Positions 1 through 9,374 of a DNA stretch of 39,222 nt are shown here, one piece after another; positions within the stretch are counted from its first letter, which is position 1, and each line of letters opens with the position of its first letter. This DNA comes from a bacterium (GTDB lineage: Bacteria > Hinthialibacterota > Hinthialibacteria > Hinthialibacterales > Hinthialibacteraceae), in assembly GCA_963663405.2 (NCBI GenBank), contig CAXXSM010000002.1, positions 1-39,222 on the forward strand, in the 5' to 3' direction. The translations under genes were made by a program, and so were the position numbers. Under the pieces are notes generated by a model. That model did no database searches. It saw only the letters and a list, made by a program, of their open reading frames with translations, and was not told the origin of the DNA.

Positions 1-333
1 AACCCGCATGAGATTGTATTCTCCGCAAATTGTAAAGAGGCGGTATGGTTGCGTCTCTCCGAATGGTCCTATCCAGGATGGCGGGCCTATCTCCTGCAAA
101 ATGATGGACGAGAGAAACAAGTGAAGGTTCATACCTCTCCCGAAGGTCTGCGAACGTTGGCGCTGCCCGCCGGAAATCATACCATTCGGATGTGTTATGA
201 AGCGTCCTGGGCGGGTTGGATTCTATCGACGGCTGCGGGGATCGTGTTTCTTGCGTTTATGGGATTGGCGATCGCGTTTCGAACCGATTGGTTTTGGCGA
301 ATCATGCAAAGGCTCTTAGGACGTGTCTCTTGA
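1..333 (+). CDS. YfhO-family membrane protein, C-terminal part (5' end outside window)
   Basis: Frame open from base 1 (NPHEIVFSANCKEAVWLRLSEWSYPGWRAY...GLRTLALPAGNHTIRMCY) followed by a C-terminal TM helix. The YPGW...G-x-H-x-I pattern is typical of YfhO C-termini. Confidence 0.65.
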   Translation, partial: NPHEIVFSANCKEAVWLRLSEWSYPGWRAYLLQNDGREKQVKVHTSPEGLRTLALPAGNHTIRMCYEASWAGWILSTAAGIVFLAFMGLAIAFRTDWFWRIMQRLLGRVS

Positions 334-1135
334 CGCTTCCCCTTTTATGACGTTGATATTATCCATGGTGAATTCCATGAGCGAACCTTCATCAATTATC
401 ACATTTACCGTGCTTTTCACATAATTCATCCCGGTCAACGTCCCTTTGCCATACGGTGTATCAACGCGGACACCGTTGCGGGGGAATTCCCGCCGGGCTT
501 CAACATACCCGTCCACCTCGTAGGCGAGACAGCACATCAACCGCCCGCAGAGCCCGATATCTTCGTTGGATTTAGCGCCAAGTTTTGATCTTTGGCCATA
601 CGGATCGTAATCGGTTCAAATTTCTGCAAAAACCGGGCGCAGCAGAGTTCCTGCCCGCAGATCCCATATCCTCCGATTTTCTTGGACCGGTCGCGGACAC
701 CGATCTGCCGCATCTCGATCCGTGTCCGGTAGACGTGCGCCAGGTCTTTGACGAGTTCGCGGAAATCGATGCGATGGTCGGCGGTGAAAAAGAAACGCAT
801 CTTTCTTCCATCGAACGCGCGTTCCACACAAGCGAGGACATCGGAAGATCCCGCTCGCGGATCTTATCAAGCGCGACCTCAAACGCGGCTTGTTCAAGCT
901 CGCGATTGCTGCGAAGAATGGCGAGATCGTTCTCTTCGATCACGCGCAATACATAGATCTCCGATTCCTGAGGAGGATCTTCATCCCAAACATATGGTTT
1001 TGATTTAACCTTGGCGATTTCTTTATCACCATCGCGTTCCACAAGGCATAAATCATACGGCTCCAAGGCGAACGGATTGTCTTGGAAACACGCGACGTAG
1101 CGTTGATCTCGAATTTTAATATCAATGACATCCAT
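316..1135 (-). CDS. ricT: PSP1-domain protein (RicT/YaaT), split by two frameshifts (~835 and ~545)
   Basis: Three overlapping ORFs join into one protein with FFFTADHRIDFRELVKDLA, RIEMRQIGVRD, GICGQELCC, MAKDQNLALNPTKISG and LMCCLAYE motifs. Confidence 0.88.
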
Positions 1136-1443
1136 GATGACCGTGTATCGTTTCTATAGAAATCAATGGCGCGCTGGAAATGTTGCGCATTCATAACAGG
1201 AAGAACAAAAAACGAAGCGCGGAGCGCCATGAAATTACTGAAAAGGGTTTCACCTTGCCGCCGCATAAGTAAGAGTACTTGGGAACCCTATGGGTTGTCA
1301 ACGCTATGAGCGAGGAAATAGTAATCACTGGACGTCTCTTCTCTAAAGAGTATAATTTTTCAAACATTAATAAACTCAAGTAGATTGGATTAATTTCGAT
1401 CGTGTCCACGTATAATCCGCTGGATTCGAACGATCCTCAATGG

Positions 1444-2785
1444 GTGAACCGGGTATTGAAATACCACCTGACCTCGCTGGGTTGTTCGAAAAATCTTGTT
1501 GAAAGCGAAGAGATGATGGCCCAATTGGCCATATCGGGGATGGTGCTGGTCAATTGATCCCCATGAGGCCGATTTGCTGATCGTCAACACGTGCGGATTT
1601 ATTACGGAAGCCAAAGAAGAAACGATCGGCGTCATCCTGGATTTAGTGGAATGCCGCCGCGCCAATCCTGGCAGCGTCTGGTGGTTGTGGGCTGCATGGT
1701 ACAGCGATACCGCCGGGAACTGATCGATGAATTCCCCGAAGTCGATGCGTTTATCGGTGTCGAAGATAAAGAATCGTTCATGCGGATCGCGTGGGACTGC
1801 TTCAACCGCCGCCCCGAACGAACGCCGCCTCATTACAAATACAAACCCCGGCTATTAACGACGCCGCCTCATCTCGCCTATCTTCGGATATCCGACGGCT
1901 GCCTGAACCGGTGCAGTTATTGCGTGATTCCCCAGATCCGCGGCCCTCTTCGTTCCCGTCCGATTGATGAAATCACCGACGAAGCCACCTCTTTAGTGGC
2001 GGGTGGGGCGCGGGAATTGGTCCTCGTTTCCCAAGACACCACCTCATATGGCTTTGATCTATACAAACGATACGCTCTGGTCGATCTGCTGACCCAGTTA
2101 GAGAAAATTGAATCTCTCGATTGGCTCCGCATCCTCTACGCGCATCCCAACCTCGTCGATCACCGTTTGGCGCATTTTTTCGCCGTGAGTAAAAAACTGG
2201 TTCCGTATTTGGATATCCCGATTCAACATGGCGATCCAGAGATCCTGAAATTAATGAATCGGGGTTCAAGCGAACAACCGATCCGCCGGACAGTCAATCT
2301 AATTCGATCCATGCGGAACCCAGTCACGATCCGCACAACCGTTATTACCGGTTTTCCCGGAGAGAAAAATCAGCATTTCGAAACCATGATGCGCCTGCTC
2401 GAAGAATTAGACTTTGACCGCGTCGGTGTGTTTATGTATTCCCGCGAAGAGGGTACACCCGCCGCTGGATTCCCTGGCCATATGTCGGACCGGATCAAAG
2501 AGAAACGCCTACCGGACATTGATTGAATGGGCGGCGGATAAAGCCCGTGAAAAGAACCAGCGTATGATCGGCGATATCCTCTCCGTATTAATCGATAGCA
2601 AAGATCCCAATGGAGAAGGCTACTGGGGGCGTTATGAAGGTCAGGCGCCCGATGTGGACGGCCGCGTCTTCGTCCGGGGAGGGAAACTGCGCGTGGGGCA
2701 ATTCACGCGGGTTCGGATCACCGAAGCGGACGAAGAAAATCTGTTCGGTCATGTAAATGTGGAGGTTATGGCGCCCGCGCAATGA
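1444..2785 (+). CDS. rimO: Ribosomal protein S12 methylthiotransferase RimO, with several frameshifts
   Basis: N-terminal [12 protein letters not shown] and NTCGFI (other frames, 1456-1670), radical SAM motif [42 protein letters not shown], and TRAM domain [12 protein letters not shown]. Start is approximate (GTG 1444 or TTG 1456). Confidence 0.9.
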
Positions 2786-3321
2786 TACTCAAACCTGGAG
2801 TTCTCTCGTTTAAATCATTTCCCCCGAATTTTGGCGCCTCAACATTGCTCCAAAAAATGTCTTACTTTTTATCGACCGGATTCTGTTTGGGACATCTTCC
2901 CGCATCTGGAACCTGGGGGGCGTTGCTCGCTTGGACGATTCACACCTTTTTATTTCCCCATGCGTTTACACTCGCGAACTGGAAACTCGCCTGCGCCGCG
3001 CTAGCCTCCGTTACAATCATCGGAATATTCTGCGCGGATAACACGGAAAGGCTATTAGGAAAGAAAGACGCGTCACGGATCAATATTGATGAGGTGGCGG
3101 GATATTGTATGGCGGTGATGTTCGTACCTGCGGGAATCACGTATACGATTCCTGCGTTTCTGTTGTGCCGTTTGTTTGACATCATCAAACCCCCACCCGC
3201 CAGGCAACTTGAGAGTGTGGGCGGTGGACTGGGAATCATGATCGACGATCTCATCGCCAGCGTTTACGCCTGCCTGATCCTGCATGGATTGATATGGCTG
3301 GGATGGCCGTTTTGGAAATAA
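2782..3321 (+). CDS. pgpA: Phosphatidylglycerophosphatase A
   Basis: ASGTWG, KDASRINIDEVAG, FLLCRLFDIIKPPP and GGLGIMIDDLIA motifs. ATGA overlap with rimO. Confidence 0.92.
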   Translation: MILKPGVLSFKSFPPNFGASTLLQKMSYFLSTGFCLGHLPASGTWGALLAWTIHTFLFPHAFTLANWKLACAALASVTIIGIFCADNTERLLGKKDASRINIDEVAGYCMAVMFVPAGITYTIPAFLLCRLFDIIKPPPARQLESVGGGLGIMIDDLIASVYACLILHGLIWLGWPFWK

Positions 3322-3336
3322 AACTACGCCGATTCA

Positions 3337-4054
3337 CTACCCCATGTCATAATCGCGGCGGTTCAACGCCTGTTCAGCCCAGATATACCCACGGGAAAAC
3401 GCGGGACGGCGATGTCCCGGCAGGATGATATCCGGTTTCATTTGCACAAAGCGCTTTAGACTTCGAATATACGCTTTCGGATTGAAATCAATGCTTCCAG
3501 ACCAACCCAAACTCCCTGATTCCGCTACTAGATCCCCCGTAACGGAAACCATTCGCTCCCGCCAGGAAAACGAATACACCATCGAACCTTCCGCGTGACC
3601 GGGCATGTAAATCGCTTCAATGCTCAGATCCCCAATCTTCAAACGGTCTTCATCGCGAAGGAAAAGATCAGTTTCGCAGGGATGATAGGGTTTATGGTAC
3701 AAATAGGAACAGACACGCTCATCTCCCCGCCCTATCGCTTCCGCGCAGATCGTATGCGCCACAAGTTTCACGCCCCGTTTTTGCAAAAGGGACGCGCCGC
3801 CGGAATGGTCGAAATGCGGATGCGTGATAAAACAATAGGCGATAGCGCCGGGATCTAAATCCCACGCGCGGAGATTGGCGTCGATTTGGTCCAGCGATTC
3901 CCCGTTCCCGCAATCGAAGAGGATGATCTGTTCTCCCAGATCAATCGCGAAAACGTTGCAGATCGATATACTCACAATCGGGACTGTGCCAGTCCGTATA
4001 CGTCAAGAAACAATCCTGACTGCCCACGAGATAAACACCGGGAACGATCTGCAT
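3337..4054 (-). CDS. MBL-fold metallo-hydrolase (N-terminus frameshifted near 3960)
   Basis: THPHFDHSGG, PGHAEGS, VTGD and LPGH motifs. An upstream frame from 4054 reads MQIVPGVYLVGS and joins by a 1-nt shift. Confidence 0.85.
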
Positions 4055-4198
4055 GGATACATCTCACAAAGAATGACCGCCATGGCAAACGAACAAAGAG
4101 AATATTTCCCTCTTAGCCCCGGATGCCAATCCGCGCCCATTCAATACAGTTGATCTGACGAATGGTTTCCCTCTGGATGATAGGCGGGAATAATGGAT

Positions 4199-4459
4199 TT
4201 ACTTCTTGCCATCCCCCATCTGGTTCCAACGGACCCGGGTTTTGGGCGCCGGCATAACAGTGGCGATCGCATGTTTGTAAACCAAATACTGCTCGTCACG
4301 CTCGTCATTTAATAAAATGATGGTGAAACTGTCAAACGCGGATATCTTCCCATGCAAATCAGAGCCGTCAATCAAATGCACGTCTAACGAAACTCGTTCG
4401 CGGCGAGCTTGGTTCAAAAAACTGTCTTGAATGTTCATCACAGACTTAGTAGTTGCCAT
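4199..4459 (-). CDS. hfq: RNA chaperone Hfq
   Basis: NIQDSFLNQARRE...G-x-I-x-x-FDSFTIIL...LVYKHAIATV. Lies downstream of miaA, the conserved miaA-hfq synteny. Confidence 0.95.
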   Translation of the reverse strand: MATTKSVMNIQDSFLNQARRERVSLDVHLIDGSDLHGKISAFDSFTIILLNDERDEQYLVYKHAIATVMPAPKTRVRWNQMGDGKK

Positions 4460-4710
4460 TGCACATCCCTCTTCACAGAATCAGGCATTTCATCAATATA
4501 TACGATCAATCATATTCCATTAAACAGAAGGCGCCAAAACGATCGCCCTGCAATTTTTATAATTATAAATACTCCCTCGCGCCTATCTCCAGGGAATTCA
4601 ACAGGGTTACCGCATTATTGCCGTTCGCCAAAAATGGATGTTACCCCTATATTGAACATCCATTATCCCGATTTTGCAACCACATGCGCATAGATTTACG
4701 CACAGTTTCC

Positions 4711-5659
4711 TCAAAAAAGTTTCTTGGTTACGGTAAGCCAATGTGTTTCGAATTGGCGGCGAAACCAGGTCATCTGCCGTTTGGCGTACCGCCGGGTTCC
4801 TAAAACCGTCTGTTCGACGGCGTCTTCAAGTTTCATTTTTCCTTGTAAATACGCATAACACTCCTTGTATCCCAGGCCTTGCATGGCGGTGTTTTTCTCA
4901 TGACAGGCCCAGTTCGATCAGCGTTTGCGTTTCTTCAATCAAGCCATTATCATACATCCATCCGGTTCGTTTTTCGATCCGTTCCACGAGTTCCTCCCGG
5001 TCCCGCAGAAGGCCGATGAAATACGTTTGCCGGATCCAGGATTTCTGTTCCTGCCGCCTCCGGAGTTCAGTCACAGTTTCCCCGGTCTGGTGGATAATCT
5101 CCAACGCGCGGACAATCCGCCGCGCGTCGTTGGGATGGATCGTCTGAGCGGTTTCGGATCGAGAGCGCTCAACTCACCAAGCAGGGCCGCGCCGCCTTCT
5201 TTTTCCGCTCGCTCGTTCAGCGAGGCTCGCAACGCGGGATCGGGATCCGGCGCGGTAAAAAAACCGGAGAGAAGCGCGCGGTAATATAATCCAGTGCCTC
5301 CGCAGAGAACAAGAGGCTTGCCTTTTTCCCTGGTCTCTTGAAGAATCGGTTCCGCATACGCGGCGAATCGGAACGCGCTATAATTTTCTACAGGGGAAAC
5401 GAGATCAATCCCATAATGGACAACACGTTGTTGTTCTTCGATTGTAGGTTTGGCGGAACCGATATCCAATCCCTGATAGACCTGCATGGCGTCGACACAG
5501 AGAATTGGCCGCGCCGGTCCGATCCGCCAATTCAAGAGCGAGTTCGGTTTTTCCCGATGCGGTCGGGCCGGTTACCGCGCAGATGGGACGGGAAGTCACC
5601 TGGACAAGTTGATCGATTGGGGCTCCGCTGATATTCTGCAATGAATTCGCCTGTACCAT
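4711..5659 (-). CDS. miaA: tRNA dimethylallyltransferase MiaA, with several frameshifts (3' end may extend to ~4650)
   Basis: GPTASGKT P-loop, DAMQVYQGLDIGSAKP, LCGGTGLYYRAL, RTGWMYDNGLIEE and TRRYAKRQMTWFRR, spread across frames. Confidence 0.9.
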
Positions 5660-5931
5660 CGCATGCACGATCCCTCCCCTCCTTCCAGAGGAGAGAGAAA
5701 ACGCTCGGGAGAATGTAGAGCGGCCCCGCGCAACCAAGCGCGCTGGAACGGCTGCGTTCAAGGAAAGTCAGAGAGGTAAATCCTGGATCTTTCCAAGAAT
5801 TGCACTCACCCTTTCGTTGCGTTAATTTAGTATGAGGAGTAGTATATCTCCTCAGCGCCGGATTGTGAGCGTTTCCGGCAGGGCTATGAACGAACGGATA
5901 GACTATCCGTATCAAGCAGGAGAGAAAAGGC

Positions 5932-6736
5932 GTGACCGAAGCGGTAAAAACGGAATCACTCCCAGACCATCAACGAGAAACGATGCGGCGCGCGGAAGAG
6001 GCGGGCGTCGATCTGAAGCGGTTGCCCCGGCATGTGGCCGTTATTATGGATGGAAACGGCCGCTGGGCCCGCGCAGCGAATAAACCCCGCATTTGAAGGA
6101 CACCGGGCGGGGATCCTGTCCGTAAGAGAAATCGTAGAAACCTGCGCCCCGCCTGGAAATTCCCTATCTCACATTATACGCGTTTTCCACGGAGAACTGG
6201 AAACGGCCATCTATGGAAGTGAATTCGTTAATGATCCTCTTGTGTAATTTTCTCCGGCGGGAAACACGGCGAATGAAAAAATTTCAAAATCCGTCTGCAT
6301 ACGCTGGGACGAACGGAGGAACTCCCCCTGGCCGTTCAACGAGCGATTGAGGACGCCAAAGCGGAAACAGCGGACGGAGAAAAAATGCGCCTCTCCCTGG
6401 CGCTTTCGTATGGAGGCCGATTAGAAAATTCTAGACGCGGTGAAAAAAGTGGCGCAAGCGGTGCAAGAAAAGCGTGTCACAGTCGATGAAATCGACGCGG
6501 AGTTGTTCTCGAACTGTCTGGACACGGCGGGGCATCCCGATCCCGATCTCCTGATCCGCACGAGTGGAGAGATGCGGGTATCCAATTTTTTACTCTGGCA
6601 GATCGCCTATGCGGAAATTTGGATCACATCGGTTCTTTGGCCGGATTTCCGAAAGGAGCATTTATTCGCCGCATTGCGGGATTATCAAGGGCGTCACCGG
6701 CGATTCGGCGGTGTTGATATTGATGGGGCGATATAA
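5932..6736 (+). CDS. uppS: Undecaprenyl diphosphate synthase (isoprenyl transferase), with several frameshifts
   Basis: GTG at 5932 after an AGGAG SD reads [15 protein letters not shown]. Later [18 protein letters not shown] and [26 protein letters not shown]...LWPDF. Confidence 0.92.
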
Positions 6737-6759
6737 TCCCACGCGTTTACTGGATTGAT

Positions 6760-7600
6760 ATGGTTTGGATCTCTACGCACTTACGACGAATTCTTTTTGG
6801 TGTTTGCCTTCTTCCCATCGTGCTTCTTTGCATTTTGTGGGAACATGGAGCTTGGCTGACGCTGTAGTCGTCCTAGCGTTTTTCTTTTTGCGCGGGATGA
6901 ACTCTACAATCTTTTAAACGTGGAAAACCGCAAACGGTTTTTTATCTGGCAAAATTTACTGGCGCTGCTTTTCTTCTACTTTACTGTGACTCAAAACGTC
7001 AGCGTTTTGCTCGCGCTTTCCTTTCTCTTCTTTTGGGGAAGTTGTTTGATTACCGTCTGGAAATCCGTAGAAAACTGCCGCCGTGAAATGTCGGCGCATG
7101 GATTGGCTTTAATCTATCTGCTCTTTCCCATCGCCTGTTTCATCTATTTACGTGGGATCGAGAACGGCCCCGTTTTATTTCACGTTTATGGTATTTGTAG
7201 CGTGCATGACGGATATCGGCGCCCTCTATGGGGGTAACCTATTTGGCCGAACGAAAATGGCGCCGGTCGTTAGCCCCAATAAAACCTGGGAAGGAACCAT
7301 TATTGGCACCTCGCTGGCGATTCTTGTCATCACCGGTATGGGCTACGGTATCAGTGTGCAGAATGGAACCACCTTTTGGCTGCCGGGGCCCCACCGCTAT
7401 GGTCATCTCTGCGCGGTCACGTTGATTATGTCCAGCATCGGCCATGTAGGAGATCTTTGTGAATCCGCAATGAAACGCGACGCGGGAATCAAAGATTCCG
7501 GTGTGACCTACACGGGGACATTGGCGGCGTGCTCGATATGATCGATTCGATGCTCTGGATCGGCCCCGCCATGTTTGTCTATGTCCAGCTGATTTCTTGA
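6760..7600 (+). CDS. cdsA: Phosphatidate cytidylyltransferase, with frameshifts
   Basis: Multi-TM protein with DIGALYGG, KMAPVVSPNKTWEG, GDLCESAMKRDAGIKDSG and GGVLDMIDS. Follows uppS as usual. Confidence 0.9.
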
Positions 7601-7607
7601 TAACACA

Positions 7608-7922
7608 ATGGTTAAAGAACGTGGTATAAAATACATCTGCGATTTCTGCGGTGATCTGATCGAAATCGGACGCCCCCGGTTTATCTTAAAAGGCGAATTA
7701 TACTGCGCTTACGATGGTGGTACTTTTGATGAATCCACCCTCATCCCCTCAGAATTAATTCCAGACGCGATTCAGAAAACCATCGAAATCGCAGAAAGCA
7801 AAAGCGAAAAAGAACTGAACGACGAAGTGCATTATCCGTTCCAGTTGGATCTGTGCCGCCGGTGCCGTGACCAGTTTTATACATTGTTGGAGAGAGGAGA
7901 ATCTCCCAAAAAAGAAGCGTAG
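7608..7922 (+). CDS. Small hypothetical protein with two CxxC pairs (possible Zn-binding)
   Basis: YICDFCG near the N-terminus and DLCRRCR near the C-terminus. Intact ORF 7 bp after cdsA. Confidence 0.7.
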   Translation: MVKERGIKYICDFCGDLIEIGRPRFILKGELYCAYDGGTFDESTLIPSELIPDAIQKTIEIAESKSEKELNDEVHYPFQLDLCRRCRDQFYTLLERGESPKKEA

Positions 7923-7979
7923 GAATAAGAGAAATTATCAATGGATTCTCTTGAAACGATAGAAGTTGACACGCTTGTC

Positions 7980-8008
7980 TTGACAGTTTGGAGCGTGGAC
8001 AGTAGCCT
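7980..8008 (+). promoter_or_regulatory. Putative sigma70 promoter of the BMC operon
   Basis: TTGACA (7980-7985), 17 bp spacer, TAGCCT (8003-8008). A second TTGACA lies at 7966-7971. Confidence 0.45.
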
Positions 8009-8050
8009 CATATCATTGAACACAATAGGTTTCGGACAGGCGCCGGAACC

Positions 8051-8066
8051 TTTGGTATAGACTAAA
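8051..8066. promoter_or_regulatory. Putative GntR/HutC-subfamily operator
   Basis: TTTGGTATAGACTAAA, an imperfect palindrome around the GTNTANAC core, between the promoter and the BMC-H start. Confidence 0.5.
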
Positions 8067-8105
8067 TTTAAACGAAATATTTACTACAGAATGGAGGAAC
8101 GGCCA

Positions 8106-8384
8106 GTGGAAGGTAAAGCCCTGGGACTCGTCGAAACCCGTGGATTGATCGGTTCAATTGAAGCCGCTGACGCCATGGTTAAAGCCGCTAGTGTCACGTT
8201 GATCGGAAAAGAAAAAATTGGAGGCGGTTATGTAACCGTTATGGTTCGAGGCGACGTTGGCGCTGTGAAAGCCGCCACCGACGCGGGAGCCGCCGCCGCG
8301 CGGAAAGTGGGAGAAGTGGTCTCCGTTCACGTCATCCCACGCCCTCACTCGGACATTGAAGGCATTCTGCCCGTCAAGGGCTGA
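8106..8384 (+). CDS. BMC-H microcompartment shell hexamer (EutM/PduA/CcmK family)
   Basis: [24 protein letters not shown]...[23 protein letters not shown]...HVIPRPH. GTG 8106 follows GGAGG (alternative ATG at 8091). Confidence 0.97.
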   Translation: MEGKALGLVETRGLIGSIEAADAMVKAASVTLIGKEKIGGGYVTVMVRGDVGAVKAATDAGAAAARKVGEVVSVHVIPRPHSDIEGILPVKG

Positions 8385-8454
8385 GCGGCCTGCGCGGCCA
8401 CGCCTTTTTCCAGAGGGCTGGATTCATTGATTCACCACGATTGAGACAATGAGC

Positions 8455-8488
8455 GCAGGCGCGGCCAATGCGCCGCGCCTGCTTTTTT
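8455..8488 (+). terminator. Intrinsic terminator after BMC-H
   Basis: 11-bp stem GCAGGCGCGGC / GCCGCGCCTGC with a 6-nt loop, followed by TTTTTT. Confidence 0.75.
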
Positions 8489-8553
8489 CTGCCCTCCAGT
8501 GTTTTGAGTTTCCGCATTAAAGGATCTGTGATTTCTTTTTGGTAGATGGAAGA

Positions 8554-9228
8554 ATGGCGAATTTCCTGTTGGACGAAGCATTAGTCAAACAAGTGACGCA
8601 GCGTGTTGTCGCGCGGCTGGCGCGAGAGCAGACGGCCACCGCAGGCGTTACGGAAAAACGGTTGATTCCTGTCAATATCTCCGTCCGGCACATTCATCTC
8701 TGCCAAGCGGATTTAGAAGTTTTGTTCGGACCGGGATTCGAGTTGGAATCCCGCAACGAACTCTATCAACCGGGCCAATACGCCGCTCAGCAGACCGTCA
8801 CCCTTGTAGGTCCACGTATGCGCTGTTTAGGCGATGTCCGTATCCTTGCCCCGCTCCGGAAAAACACACAAGTCGAAGTGTCCCGGACCGACGCGATCTA
8901 TCTCGGCATCGACCCTCCCGTGAAGCCGTCAGGCAATCACGAAGGAAGTGAGAGATTGATTCTCGTGGGGCCTGTGGGTGTCGTCCATCTGAAACAGGGA
9001 GTCATTCTGGCGAACCGGCATATCCATCTCTCTACAAAATCAGCGGAGAAATGGGGAATCCGGGACAACCAAATTGTTAGCGTACGGGTGGAAACAATGA
9101 AAAAAACTCTACTCGAAGACGCCCAAGTCCGTGTAGATCCTTCATTTGTGGATGAAATGCATGTAGACACTGATGATGGTAACGCCTGTGGATTGCGCGG
9201 AGGCGAACAGGTGGAGATCATCGTATAG
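8554..9228 (+). CDS. pduL: Phosphate propanoyltransferase PduL with N-terminal encapsulation peptide
   Basis: SVRHIHL, LYQPGQYAA, TQVEVSRTDA, ANRHIHL and EMHVDTDDGNA motifs. N-terminal amphipathic helix LDEALVKQVTQRVVARL. Confidence 0.93.
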   Translation: MANFLLDEALVKQVTQRVVARLAREQTATAGVTEKRLIPVNISVRHIHLCQADLEVLFGPGFELESRNELYQPGQYAAQQTVTLVGPRMRCLGDVRILAPLRKNTQVEVSRTDAIYLGIDPPVKPSGNHEGSERLILVGPVGVVHLKQGVILANRHIHLSTKSAEKWGIRDNQIVSVRVETMKKTLLEDAQVRVDPSFVDEMHVDTDDGNACGLRGGEQVEIIV

Positions 9229-9259
9229 ACTATTAAGATCGAGATCGCAACATGAAAAT

Positions 9260-9337
9260 TAGGGTGGGTCACGCTTTATCGACCCACCGGGAATGATTCT
9301 CGAAATCGGTGGGTCATAAAGACGCGACCCACCCTAC
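9260..9337. repeat. Inverted pair of REP-like hairpins (REPIN/BIME-like)
   Basis: TAGGGTGGGTC-N10-GACCCACC at 9260-9288 and its inverted partner GGTGGGTC-N10-GACCCACCCTAC at 9308-9337, with a GTAG-type end. Confidence 0.75.
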
Positions 9338-9374
9338 ATGCGAATAAGGTTTATAAAGCAAATAAGAGATTTGA

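Noticed and set aside
5532-5915. 127-aa minus-strand ORF over the miaA-uppS spacer
   Set aside because: It overlaps the miaA start in another frame, has no motif, and spans a hairpin-rich divergent promoter region.
316-7600. Mass pseudogenisation or programmed frameshifting of housekeeping genes
   Set aside because: The motifs are intact, the genes are largely essential, and the indels are clustered at one end of the window. Sequencing error is simpler.
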